Positions 27,347-37,091 of a DNA stretch of 64,000 nucleotides are shown in pieces. The notes under the pieces were generated by a model. It was not told the origin of the DNA. It did no database searches and saw only the letters and a program-made list of their open reading frames with translations. The DNA is taken from assembly GCA_964523765.1 (NCBI GenBank), contig CAZFZX010000004.1, forward strand, positions 1,394-65,393, written 5' to 3'. Source of the DNA: an uncultured Enterobacteriaceae bacterium. Its GTDB lineage: Bacteria > Pseudomonadota > Gammaproteobacteria > Ga0077536. The position numbers were made by a program, and so were the translations under genes. How positions within the stretch are numbered: the stretch's first letter is position 1; the number at the start of each line of letters is the position of its first letter.

Positions 27347-29476
27347 TTACTCGGGCACGGCGCTCACGGTCACCGGCGTTCCGCTGAACGCGGCGTTGCC
27401 GGATACCTCATCCAGGCGCCCGGCGTCGGTGATGTCGTTGATACTGACCCCGGGGTGCGCGTTCGCGATTCCTAACTTCGTTCCCGGACGGCCGTGCCCC
27501 CAACCGTGCGGAAGACTCACCACGCCCCGCATCATCTCGTCACTCGCTTGCACGGGAACGTGAAGTTCGGCCACCCGAGAGCGGACGCAGACCGTCTGAC
27601 CGTCGCTGATCTGGCGCTCCGCGAGGTCCGTCGGATGCATGATCAAGGTACATCGTTGCGGCCCTTTTACAAGACGACGATAGTTGTGCATCCATGAGTT
27701 CTTCGACTGGAGGTGCCGGCGGCCGATGAGAACCAACTCGTCGCTCGGCTCGCATTCGAATAAATCCCTGGTCATGCGCTCGAGATCGGTCTTCATCTCC
27801 GGCACCGCACATCGAACCCGCTTATCGTCAGTATACAGGCGCGCCGGCAGACACGGCTCCAACGGCCCGATATCGATGCCGTGGGGACTCGCTCTGAGCT
27901 TGTCGAGGCTAAGCGCCAGCGGATGCCCCGCAGCCTCACCGTAAGGTCCGGCTGCGAGCGCTGCCTCCAGCATTTCCTCCGGCGTCACGATCGGCGCCGG
28001 CTCCTCGCCGAGCCTAGCCGCGACCGCCGCGCCCAAGCGCGTATAAAGCTCCCATTGTGCGGGGGTATCTTCGGCCCTTGGCAGCACGGGCTCGTTGTAA
28101 CGCGCCACGTTGCGCGGCATCAGTAAACTCAGCACCGCGTCGAACCTCGGCACCTCGAGTGGTCCGGGCGGCGGCAGGATGATATCCGCATAGCGCGTGC
28201 TCTCGTTGATGTAGGGGTCTATCGCGACCATGAACTCCAATTGCTCGAACGCCTGCTCCATGGTCGAGCCGCTCGGGAATGACAATACGGGATTCCCCGC
28301 GAGCATTACCAGGGCGCGGACTTGTCCGTCACCGGGCGTCAGTATTTCCTCCGCCATGACCGCCACGGGCAATTCACCGGCACATTCCGGTCGGCCGCTC
28401 ACGCGGCTCCGATAACTGCCGTAACCGCCCTGCGGGTCGTCACCGAGGATATCGAAAGCCGGCCGCGAGAACATCACACCGCCCGGCCGATCGAGATTGC
28501 CCGTGACGATGTTGATCACCTCGATCAACCAAGCGTTCAGCGTGCCGAACGACTGCGTATTGGTGCCGAAGCGGCCGTACAGGACCGCGCGGTCGGCGGC
28601 CGCGAATTCCCTCGCAAGGCGCCGGATGGTTGCGGCTTCGATACCGGTTACGCCTGCCGCTCGCTCGGCGGTGAAAGGTGCGACCCAGTCGAAGACCTCG
28701 GCCAAGCCGTCGACGTAAGCGGGCAACGCCGCGGGGTCGACCAGCCCCTCACCGACCATCGTATTGAGCATGCCGAGCAGCAGAGCAGGATCGGCCTCGG
28801 GTCGAATGAAGTGATGCTCGTCGGCAATATCGGCGGTTTCCGAACGCCGCGGGTCGATCACGACGAGCTTGCCACCGCGGCGTTGTAACTGCGAGAGGCG
28901 GGTTTTCACATCGGGGGTCGACACGAGGCTACCCATCGACGCGAGCGGGTTACCGCCCAGGACCAGCAGGTATTCGGTGCGGTCCAGATCGGGCAGGCCG
29001 AACAAAAAGGCGTGCCCGTACATCCAGTAACTCACCGCTAAACGCGGGAAGTGGTCCATCGATGCGACCGTAAACCGGTTCTTGGTGCCGAGACTGCTCA
29101 GAAAGCCGTCGCCGTAGATGGGATTTTCCAGACCATGGTAGGCCGGATTGCCGAAGTAGGTCGCGATCGCATCCGCGCCAAAGCGGTTGCGAACCGCAAC
29201 GAGCCGCTCCGCAACGGTATCGATGGCCTCATCCCAACCGATCGCTTGCCATTCCGATCCACTCCGGCGCATCGGCTGCCGCAGCCTGTCAGGGTCGAGT
29301 TGTTTGTCCTGGAGGGCGACCCCTTTGGGGCAGATGAACCCGTGACTAAAAGGGTCCTCGGCATCGCCGCGGACCGAAACAACCTCCCCGTTCGAGATCT
29401 CGATCGCGAGCCCGCAGAGCGCCTCGCAGACATCGCAGACGCGATAACGGGTTTCTACTGGATGCGTATCGGACAT
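27347..29476 (-). CDS. Cytoplasmic molybdopterin (MopB superfamily) oxidoreductase, substrate unknown
   Basis: N-terminal 4Fe-4S motif CDVCEALCGLAIE...FICPKG and no Tat signal. Start at the ATG at 29476 (MSDTHPVETRYRVCDVC). The ORF is open to 29659. Confidence 0.8.
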   Translation of the reverse strand: MSDTHPVETRYRVCDVCEALCGLAIEISNGEVVSVRGDAEDPFSHGFICPKGVALQDKQLDPDRLRQPMRRSGSEWQAIGWDEAIDTVAERLVAVRNRFGADAIATYFGNPAYHGLENPIYGDGFLSSLGTKNRFTVASMDHFPRLAVSYWMYGHAFLFGLPDLDRTEYLLVLGGNPLASMGSLVSTPDVKTRLSQLQRRGGKLVVIDPRRSETADIADEHHFIRPEADPALLLGMLNTMVGEGLVDPAALPAYVDGLAEVFDWVAPFTAERAAGVTGIEAATIRRLAREFAAADRAVLYGRFGTNTQSFGTLNAWLIEVINIVTGNLDRPGGVMFSRPAFDILGDDPQGGYGSYRSRVSGRPECAGELPVAVMAEEILTPGDGQVRALVMLAGNPVLSFPSGSTMEQAFEQLEFMVAIDPYINESTRYADIILPPPGPLEVPRFDAVLSLLMPRNVARYNEPVLPRAEDTPAQWELYTRLGAAVAARLGEEPAPIVTPEEMLEAALAAGPYGEAAGHPLALSLDKLRASPHGIDIGPLEPCLPARLYTDDKRVRCAVPEMKTDLERMTRDLFECEPSDELVLIGRRHLQSKNSWMHNYRRLVKGPQRCTLIMHPTDLAERQISDGQTVCVRSRVAELHVPVQASDEMMRGVVSLPHGWGHGRPGTKLGIANAHPGVSINDITDAGRLDEVSGNAAFSGTPVTVSAVPE

Positions 29477-29597
29477 TCCCCCGCCCCATTTTGTGTTTAG
29501 TGTCGACGACGGCCGCCGCGTTCCCGCGTCAGGACGCGGGCAAACGCTGACTTCATGGGTATCTTCTCTCCGATTACAGGATACTGTCCGCGTTTCG

Positions 29598-29611
29598 TTG
29601 ACCGAAATCAA
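29598..29611. promoter_or_regulatory. FNR-type box in the divergent region between the Mo-oxidoreductase and the RACo/DMSOR operon
   Basis: TTGAC-CGAA-ATCAA, within gTTGACCGAAATCAAc. It differs at one position from the box at 39023-39036. It lies about 103 bp upstream of the ATG at 29708 and 128 bp from the start at 29476. Confidence 0.55.
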
Positions 29612-29707
29612 CTGTGCGCCATCTTGCGGCACCGCGACAAACGCCCTGGACAGGAGCATCGTCGAATGCTTCTATGGTCGGGAATGGGACGATTGCAATC
29701 GTAGCGA

Positions 29708-31681
29708 ATGGATTTTCAGGTCATCTTCCAGCCATCGGGCCGTCGCGGCAAAATTGAAGCCGGCCGGACCATTCTCGATGCCGCGCGCGAACTCGGTGTC
29801 GATATAGAGGCCATTTGCGGCGAGAAGCGCACCTGCGGTAAATGCCGCGTCAAGGTGCAGGAGGGTTTCTTCGGCCAATATGGCATCGAGTCGCGCCTCG
29901 AGCACACCTCGCCGCCGCATCCGTTGGAGGCTAAATTCATCGATCGGGCGCACAACCCGACCGACCGCCTCTCGTGCTACGCGGAAATTTCCGGTGACCT
30001 TGTCGTGTTCGTACCGGAGGAAAGCCGCGCTCACAACCAAGTCATTCGCAAGAGCGCGCGGGAAGTCAACGTCACCATCGATCCGGCGATGCGCAAAGTG
30101 TCCGTCGAACTGACGCCGCCCACACTCGACAACCCGCGCGGCGACTTCGAACGACTGGCCGAGGAACTGGCCCGTACCTATGGCATCGACGATGTCACGA
30201 TCGACGTCCAGGTACTGCGTACGCTGCCGCGCGTGCTGCGCGCCGGAGACTGGCGCGCGACCGTGACCCTGTGGCAGAACCGGGAAATCGTTCTGGTCGA
30301 GCCGGGTTTCGTCGAAAGCTGTTATGGCCTGGCGGTGGATATCGGCACCACGACCGTTGCCGGGTTCCTCTGCGACCTGCGCACCGGCCGCATCGCCGGC
30401 ACCGCCTCGATGATGAATCCGCAGGTAACCTACGGCGAAGACGTGCTGTCGCGCCTGACCTACGCCGTGACGAACCCGGACGGGTTCGAACAACTCCACC
30501 GGTCCATCATCGACGGTCTCAACGGAATCATCGCCAAGGTCGCCGAAGAGGCAGGGATAGCGCCCGACGAAATTCTGGAAGCCGTGTTCGTCGCCAATAC
30601 CGTAATGCACCATATCTTGCTCGGCATCCGCCCGGACGCACTCGGTCTCGCGCCCTACCCGCCGGCATCGCACCAAAGCATCAACCTGAAGGGCCGCGAC
30701 TCGGGTCTCGCGATCCTGCCGTCCGGCAATGTCCACGTACTGCCCATCGAGGCCGGCTTCGTCGGCGCCGACAGCGTCGCCGTACTGATTGCGGAGGAAC
30801 CGTATAAACAGGACGAACTAACCTTGATCATCGATATCGGCACCAACGGCGAACTGATCCTCGGTAACCGTGAGCGGCTGCTGTCGTGTTCGTGTGCGAC
30901 CGGGCCGGCGTTCGAGGGCGCGTCGATTAAATTCGGCATGCGGGCGGCGCCGGGGGCAATCGAGAAAGTAAAGATAGACCCCGCCACCCACGAGGTAGCG
31001 TGGAAGGCCGTCGGGGATCGAAAGTGGCATCGGGAGCCGCACGCCGAGGGCGCCGCGCGCGGGATCTGCGGATCGGGGATCATCGACGCGGTCGCCGAAA
31101 TGGTCCGCGCCGGCATCGTCCAGCGATCGGGCGCTTTCAATAAGGGCCTCTCCACAGAGCGCCTGCGGCACGACGCGAACGGCAAACGCGAGTTCGTATT
31201 GGCATGGGCCGACGAGACCGTGATCGGCAAGGATATTTCGGTGACGATACACGACATACGCTCCATTCAGCTCGCCAAGGGCGCGATGTACTCGGGCGCG
31301 AAATTGATGCTCAAGCGGCTCGGCCGCGAGCGGCCAGACAAGGTCGTACTGGCCGGTGCGTTCGGCAGCTTCATCGACAAAAAAAAGGCGATGGCGCTCG
31401 GCATGTTTCCGGATTGCGAACTGCGTAGCGTCTATGCCGTCGGCAACGCCGCCGGCGACGGCGCGCGGCTGGCCCTGCTCAGCCGGCAGAAACGCGCCGA
31501 GGCCGAAGACATGGCACGCCGCGTCGAATACGTCGAGTTGTCGGCGCAGGAAGATTTTCAAAGGGAGTTCATGGGCGCAATGCATCTGCCTCACATGACA
31601 GATGCGTTTCCGCATGTGCGAAAATACCTCGATGCAGCAGCCGCCAAGACCAAAGCTGCACCGCGCCTTAGGGGAGGATGA
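29708..31681 (+). CDS. RACo-type reductive activator of corrinoid proteins (2Fe-2S ferredoxin domain + ASKHA ATPase, DUF4445)
   Basis: N-terminal plant-type ferredoxin (CGEKRTCGKCRV). ASKHA blocks DIGTTTVAG, DIGTNGE, SCSCATGPAFEG and GMRAAPGAIE. Confidence 0.9.
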   Translation: MDFQVIFQPSGRRGKIEAGRTILDAARELGVDIEAICGEKRTCGKCRVKVQEGFFGQYGIESRLEHTSPPHPLEAKFIDRAHNPTDRLSCYAEISGDLVVFVPEESRAHNQVIRKSAREVNVTIDPAMRKVSVELTPPTLDNPRGDFERLAEELARTYGIDDVTIDVQVLRTLPRVLRAGDWRATVTLWQNREIVLVEPGFVESCYGLAVDIGTTTVAGFLCDLRTGRIAGTASMMNPQVTYGEDVLSRLTYAVTNPDGFEQLHRSIIDGLNGIIAKVAEEAGIAPDEILEAVFVANTVMHHILLGIRPDALGLAPYPPASHQSINLKGRDSGLAILPSGNVHVLPIEAGFVGADSVAVLIAEEPYKQDELTLIIDIGTNGELILGNRERLLSCSCATGPAFEGASIKFGMRAAPGAIEKVKIDPATHEVAWKAVGDRKWHREPHAEGAARGICGSGIIDAVAEMVRAGIVQRSGAFNKGLSTERLRHDANGKREFVLAWADETVIGKDISVTIHDIRSIQLAKGAMYSGAKLMLKRLGRERPDKVVLAGAFGSFIDKKKAMALGMFPDCELRSVYAVGNAAGDGARLALLSRQKRAEAEDMARRVEYVELSAQEDFQREFMGAMHLPHMTDAFPHVRKYLDAAAAKTKAAPRLRGG

Positions 31682-32316
31682 GAATGCTTTGCAAAAAAGT
31701 GAGCGACGTAAACGTCTTTGTTGAGCCGGCATCGAACGCGTGGACCGGCGTCTCGGCTACCGACGTGGACCTGATTCCTACCCCGTTGGGCATGCAGCCG
31801 AATGACTACATTATCGCCAAATGGACCGATCGAAAATACGGATCTCTCGATCGCCTTTCGGTCTCTTCCCTACACGACACCAAACGTATTGCCTTTCGAA
31901 TGTCGTGGCGGGACGAAAAAAAGGATACCGGGGACGGCGAAGACGTCCCCGATGGCGCGGCACTGATGTTTCCCGTCAGCGGAGACCCTGTGTTGATGAC
32001 AATGGGCGCCGAGAATGCTCCGGTCCACGCGTTGCACTGGCGGGCGCGCAAGGATGAAATCCGCTCTGTCACCGTTACGGGCATCGGTAGCAGCCAACGA
32101 AGCGGCGCCGTTGCCCAAGCCGTAAAGAGTGCCTGGTCGCAAGGTGTCTGGACGCTGGTTATCACGCGCGACCTAGACGGTCCGGAAGAGGTCGCGACGT
32201 TTCGCCCCGGGCAAGAAACCCGCATCGGTTTTGCTATATGGAACGGCGGCAATCAAGAGCGGGGTGGGATCAAGGCCGTCTCACCCGATTGGACCGCTTT
32301 TGCTCTCGAAGCATGA
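31678..32316 (+). CDS. Type II DMSO-reductase-family gamma subunit (EB_dh haem-b domain), no signal peptide
   Basis: PDGAALMFP (Met ligand region) and ERGGIKAVSPDW (Lys ligand region), as in ethylbenzene-dehydrogenase gamma. The ATG at 31678 overlaps the RACo stop (ATGA). An alternative ATG at 31684 lies 6 nt after GGAGG. The N-terminus MRMLCKKVSDVNVFVEPAS is not hydrophobic. Confidence 0.75.
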   Translation: MRMLCKKVSDVNVFVEPASNAWTGVSATDVDLIPTPLGMQPNDYIIAKWTDRKYGSLDRLSVSSLHDTKRIAFRMSWRDEKKDTGDGEDVPDGAALMFPVSGDPVLMTMGAENAPVHALHWRARKDEIRSVTVTGIGSSQRSGAVAQAVKSAWSQGVWTLVITRDLDGPEEVATFRPGQETRIGFAIWNGGNQERGGIKAVSPDWTAFALEA

Positions 32317-32347
32317 CCTCCGAAATTCGGAAAGAAGGAATTCACGC

Positions 32348-33394
32348 ATGAGTAAACGACAGATAGCGATGGTCATGGACCTCAACAAATGCCTGGGTTG
32401 TCATACTTGCTCGATCGCCTGCAAGACCCTTTGGACTCGTCAGGAGGGGATGGAAGCGATGTGGTGGAACTCCGTCAATACGGCACCGGGGAAAGGTACT
32501 CCCAAAAATTGGGAAGAAATGGGAGGGGGGTTCAAAAACGGCAAGGCTCAGCCGGGGCAACGGCCAACTTATGAGGAATACGGCAAAGCCTGGGACTTTG
32601 ACTTCGACAAGATGTTCTATGGCGGCGATCGAGACGCGGCGCTGTTGCCCGAAGGCGGCGACCCGGACTGGGGCGCGAACTGGGACGAAGATGTAGGTGC
32701 GGGCGAACACCCCCACAACTACTTTTTCTACATCCCGAGGATCTGCAACCACTGCACCGACCCGGCCTGCATGAACGCTTGCCCCCGCGGCGCCATTTTC
32801 AAGCGCGACGAGGACGGCATCGTGCTGATCAACGAAGACCGGTGCCGCGGACATCGCTTCTGCCAGGAAGCATGTCCGTACAAAAAAATCTATTACAACG
32901 TCGAGCGCGATATCGGCCAGAAGTGCATCTTCTGTCTCCCCCGCGTCGAACAAGGCGTCGCCACGGCCTGTGCGCGGCAATGTCCGGGCCGGGTTCGGTT
33001 CTTGGGTTATCGCGACGACGCCGAAGGCCCGATCCACAAACTCGTGGATAAACACAAGATAGCGCTCCCGCTGCACCCGGAGTACGGAACCCAGCCCAAC
33101 GTTTTCTACGTCCCCCCGATGGCACCGCCGGACTTTGACGAGGCCGGCGACCCGACGCAAAAACCGCGCATACCGCTCGCCTATCTGAAATCCTTATTCG
33201 GTGACGAGGTGGAAAGGGTTCTCGACGTTCTCGACAAGGAGCGCGAAAAGACCGCTCGCGGTGAAAAGTCCGAAATCATGGATCTCCTGATCTCGCGAAA
33301 GTGGCTGGACATGTTTGGGCCGTTTACGCGCCAGCCTAAAACGCTCGCCGGTACCGCAGAACACCGAATTCACTGGAAGGAGAGGATGAAATGA
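32348..33394 (+). CDS. Type II DMSO-reductase-family beta subunit (four Fe-S clusters, NarH/EbdB-like)
   Basis: MVMDLNKCLGCHTCSIACK, CNHCTDPACMNACP, CRGHRFCQEACPYKK and CIFCLPRVEQG. ATG at 32348 follows AAGGAA. Confidence 0.9.
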   Translation: MSKRQIAMVMDLNKCLGCHTCSIACKTLWTRQEGMEAMWWNSVNTAPGKGTPKNWEEMGGGFKNGKAQPGQRPTYEEYGKAWDFDFDKMFYGGDRDAALLPEGGDPDWGANWDEDVGAGEHPHNYFFYIPRICNHCTDPACMNACPRGAIFKRDEDGIVLINEDRCRGHRFCQEACPYKKIYYNVERDIGQKCIFCLPRVEQGVATACARQCPGRVRFLGYRDDAEGPIHKLVDKHKIALPLHPEYGTQPNVFYVPPMAPPDFDEAGDPTQKPRIPLAYLKSLFGDEVERVLDVLDKEREKTARGEKSEIMDLLISRKWLDMFGPFTRQPKTLAGTAEHRIHWKERMK

Positions 33395-36300
33395 GGGGCT
33401 ACGTCTCGAGACGATCATTCCTGAAGGGCGGCACTGCGGCCGCGACGATCCTTGCGGTCCCGAGTTTTGCAGCACGCGGCGCACAATCCGTTCAGGCCTT
33501 GGCGGAAGAAACGCCTCCGATCTATAAGGACTGGATGGACATCTACCGCAAGCAGTGGACCTGGGACAAAACCGTCCGCGGGACCCACCTGGTCAATTGT
33601 TGGTATCAGTCGCATTGCGCCTGGGACGTCTACGTAAAAGACGGCCTCGTGTTCCGTGAAGAACAGGCCGGCGAGTACGAACCGATCATGGCCGACATCC
33701 CGGACTTCAACCCGCGCGGCTGCCAAAAGGGCGGCTGTTTCAGCCAAAAGATGTACGAGCCTTCGCGCATTCGTTATCCCATCCGCCGGGTTGGTGAGCG
33801 CGGCAGCGGCAAATGGGAACGCGTGTCCTGGGAAGAAGCGCTCGACGATATCGCCGACACCTATCTCGACGTAACCATGAAAGAAGGTACGGACGTCACG
33901 GTCTGGGACCTCGGGCCGGACATCAATATCGGCGCGGCTTATGCAGCGCAAGCGCGATTGGCACAATTGACCCATTCGATCAGTCTCGATATGAATCCCA
34001 TCAATGGCGATGGCCATCGCGGCGCATTCGAAACGTTCGGCAACGCCTATATAGAGCGATCCATCGACGACTATTTTCGTTCCGACGTCATCGTATGCTG
34101 GGGCGCCAACCCGGTCTTTACCTCGATTCCCAACGCACATTTTTTCATCGAAGCGAAATACAACGGCTCCAAGTTCGTCGTCATCTCGCCCGACTACAGC
34201 GCCTCGGCGACGAAAGCCGATTTGTGGTTGCCGGTCCGTCCCGGCACCGACGGCGCTTTGGCGCTGGCCGTAGCGCACTTGATCGTCAAAGGCGGGCACG
34301 TCAACGAGGCGTTCGTGCGCGAGCAAACCGATATGCCCATGCTCGTGCGCATGGATACGAAGAAGTTCCTGCAGGCCACCGACGTTTTCGGGGACGCGGA
34401 CGGTGACCGCTTCGTCCTCCAGGATGAATCCGGCAAGCTGCACGAAGCACCGTTCCGCTCCCTCGACCTGGACGGCGTAGCGCCCGCTCTCGACGTTACA
34501 ACCGAGGTGACGCTCGCGAGTGGCGAAACGGTCGGGGTGCGCTCCGTTTTCTCCATGCTGAAAGACCGCCTCGACCCCTACACGCCGGAAATCGTCGCGG
34601 AGATGTGTGGACTATCGCCGAAACTGATCCGGCAGTTCGCCGGCCTCGTCATCAACGCGAAGGCGCTGTCGAACGTCACCGGCAGTACGCCGAACAAGTA
34701 TTTCCACGGCAATCTTACCGAGCGTGCGATGATCCTGATTTGGACGCTGCTCGGGCAACTTGGCAAGCCCGGAGCCGGATACTCGGCTTTCTCGCTGCTC
34801 GTCAATGATGGCTGGGAGCACTACGTAGCGGGCTTGCGGCTCAAGGAGCGCCTGTCTTTCGGTGCGGAGATCGGTATCCCGCTCGCCAAGACGCTGTGGG
34901 ACGGCGGCACCATGGAGATGTTTTTCAAGAATCTGGTAAGCGACAGTTTCACCGATCCCGGCCGTCATCTGCCGATCTTCACGGCGGGCGGCATGTTTTG
35001 GAATGTTCACGGCGGCGTGAGCGATCTGTCGGAGACGGCGGAGAAATGGATCCCCGGTCTCAAGCAACCGATCAAAGAAGCCATCCACGAATCCCTAGAG
35101 AAGAAGTGGCTGCCGCTCCAACCCCCGGCCGGCAAAGACCCAAGAATGTTGTTCCATTACTGTGCCAATCCATTAAGGAGCGTGCGCGGCAGTCACAAAC
35201 TGCTGGAAGTGCTGTGGCCGAAACTGAAGAAAATCGTCGTCATCGATTTTCGCATGAGCTCGACCGCGCGACACGCCGACTATGTGCTGCCGGCGGCTAC
35301 TTGGTATGAAACGACGGACCATAAGTGGGTGACACCGCTCATGCCGTACAACCATGTCACCAATGCCGCAACGAAACCGCTGGGCGACAGCAAGACCGAT
35401 TTTTGGATTTTCACCATGCTCGCCAAGCATATCCAGCAACGCGCGAAGCAACGAGGGATAGCCACCATCAAGAGCCACCTGGGCAAGGACGTCCGGCTCG
35501 ACCGGCTGTATGAAGACCTCACCATGGACGGACGCTTTCTCGAGGACGAAACCGACAAAGCCGCCGGGGCGATCCTGGACGCATCGTCCAATCTTTCCCA
35601 CGTGAGCTGGGAAGAGCAAAAGGAAAAGGGGTTCGCACGCTACAACGGTGTCGGACGCAGCCCGATGGCTATCGGTAATGCCGGCGACCTGAATGAGCGC
35701 GAGCCTTTCGTCGCGCTGACGAATCACACCGACGGCAAGAAGCCTTATCCGACGGCAACACGCCGGATTCAATTCTACCTCGATCACGACACCTACCTCG
35801 CCTATGACGAGGCACTGCCACGCTATAAAGCGCCGCCCCTGATCGGTGGGGATTATCCCTTGATGATGACCGGCGGCCATCCGCGGTGGTCCATTCACGC
35901 CGTGTGGCGCGACTCGATATCCATGCTCAGGCTCAATCGCGGTGGCCCCTATTTGATCATGGGACCAGAGGACGCTAAGGATCGGGAAATCGAAGACGGC
36001 GATTGGATCAGGGCATTTAACGATGTCGGCAAGTTCGTCGCTAGGGTCAAGATCTCACCGACACTGATGCCCGGGCAAACGATCATGTATCACGCCTGGG
36101 AGAACTATCAATTTCCTTCGGAACAAAATCCGCGCCGTGTAACCCCGTCGCCGATCAATCCGGTAGAACTCGCCGGGGGCCACCCACATCTGAAGGTCGG
36201 CTTTCTCGAGGGGCAGCCGGGCGGTTTCGACCGGGACACCCGCATCGAAGTCGTTCGCTTGAGCGACGAAGAGGCCCAAGCAATGGCAGCAACAGCCTGA
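33391..36300 (+). CDS. Type II DMSO-reductase-family molybdopterin alpha subunit, Tat-exported (EbdA/DdhA/SerA-like), substrate unknown
   Basis: Tat motif SRRSFLKG. FS0-type motif THLVNCWYQSHC...NPRGCQKG. 969 aa. The start overlaps the beta stop (ATGA). Confidence 0.85.
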   Translation: MRGYVSRRSFLKGGTAAATILAVPSFAARGAQSVQALAEETPPIYKDWMDIYRKQWTWDKTVRGTHLVNCWYQSHCAWDVYVKDGLVFREEQAGEYEPIMADIPDFNPRGCQKGGCFSQKMYEPSRIRYPIRRVGERGSGKWERVSWEEALDDIADTYLDVTMKEGTDVTVWDLGPDINIGAAYAAQARLAQLTHSISLDMNPINGDGHRGAFETFGNAYIERSIDDYFRSDVIVCWGANPVFTSIPNAHFFIEAKYNGSKFVVISPDYSASATKADLWLPVRPGTDGALALAVAHLIVKGGHVNEAFVREQTDMPMLVRMDTKKFLQATDVFGDADGDRFVLQDESGKLHEAPFRSLDLDGVAPALDVTTEVTLASGETVGVRSVFSMLKDRLDPYTPEIVAEMCGLSPKLIRQFAGLVINAKALSNVTGSTPNKYFHGNLTERAMILIWTLLGQLGKPGAGYSAFSLLVNDGWEHYVAGLRLKERLSFGAEIGIPLAKTLWDGGTMEMFFKNLVSDSFTDPGRHLPIFTAGGMFWNVHGGVSDLSETAEKWIPGLKQPIKEAIHESLEKKWLPLQPPAGKDPRMLFHYCANPLRSVRGSHKLLEVLWPKLKKIVVIDFRMSSTARHADYVLPAATWYETTDHKWVTPLMPYNHVTNAATKPLGDSKTDFWIFTMLAKHIQQRAKQRGIATIKSHLGKDVRLDRLYEDLTMDGRFLEDETDKAAGAILDASSNLSHVSWEEQKEKGFARYNGVGRSPMAIGNAGDLNEREPFVALTNHTDGKKPYPTATRRIQFYLDHDTYLAYDEALPRYKAPPLIGGDYPLMMTGGHPRWSIHAVWRDSISMLRLNRGGPYLIMGPEDAKDREIEDGDWIRAFNDVGKFVARVKISPTLMPGQTIMYHAWENYQFPSEQNPRRVTPSPINPVELAGGHPHLKVGFLEGQPGGFDRDTRIEVVRLSDEEAQAMAATA

Positions 36301-36313
36301 ACAGAGGGTCGCC

Positions 36314-36865
36314 GTGAACCCGGACAACGAAATGCTCGTAGAAGCAGCATCTCGCAGCCTGACCTTCAGGGCATTTGCCGAGGCCTTCAGGAAGCCTAAT
36401 GGCGGCGCGGAGATCTTCGACGAGAACGTGATCCCACCTCCGACAGCAGAATCCAACGTCGCGTTTGTAACGGCCTTTGATCCCGCCGTTTCCGACCAGG
36501 CGTGTTCTCTTTACGAAGGCAACTACGGTACCCGGGAACGCACCGCTTTGTTCGAAGAGCTGGTCCGATGGTACGACTTATTCGGCCTGCGCCGAGAAGA
36601 AGAAGCGGAGCTACCGGACCATATCTCGGTTCAACTCGAGTTCATGCACTTTCTGACCTTCCTGGAAGGCAAGCACGGGCGGGAGCCAGAAACCAAGCAA
36701 TCGCTGCGAAAAGCGCAAAACGATTTCTTGGAGAGGCACCTCATTCCCTTCTCCACCCGACTACATGAAGCCTTTCAAAGCGACGACCCCAGGTGTAAGG
36801 CGCTGGTAGAACACCTTCAGGCATTTTTGGAGAGCGACAAGGCAATGATTGGGGCGTGTCCCTAG
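36314..36865 (+). CDS. TorD/NarJ-family assembly chaperone (delta subunit)
   Basis: DHISVQLEFMHFLTFLE is typical of TorD/NarJ/DdhD chaperones. GTG start 13 nt after the alpha stop. Confidence 0.7.
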   Translation: MNPDNEMLVEAASRSLTFRAFAEAFRKPNGGAEIFDENVIPPPTAESNVAFVTAFDPAVSDQACSLYEGNYGTRERTALFEELVRWYDLFGLRREEEAELPDHISVQLEFMHFLTFLEGKHGREPETKQSLRKAQNDFLERHLIPFSTRLHEAFQSDDPRCKALVEHLQAFLESDKAMIGACP

Positions 36866-36893
36866 AGAATTGATCTGAAATTCGCTTCAATTT

Positions 36894-37012
36894 CATCGTC
36901 ATTCCTGCGAAAGGATTGCAGGAGCAATCCTCGCCCAGGAATCCAGTTAAAAATGTGCCGCTGAAAGCGGCAGCTTCATTGACTGGATGCCGGATTGAAT
37001 CCGGCATGACGG
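36894..37012. repeat. Three-hairpin intergenic repeat, copy B (divergent stems, same architecture)
   Basis: catcgtcat-[attcctg...caggaat]-ccagttaaaaatg-[tgccgc tgaaa gcggca]-gcttcattgactgg-[atgccgga ttgaa tccggcat]-gacgg. Linkers are conserved with copy A. The stems differ but remain complementary. Confidence 0.6.
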
Positions 37013-37091
37013 TAATCAAGTTCATCAGTCAATCCCGGATTAGATACTGACCGATATCTCGGAACAGTTATCTAGCCGTCCCCTTTGGCGT

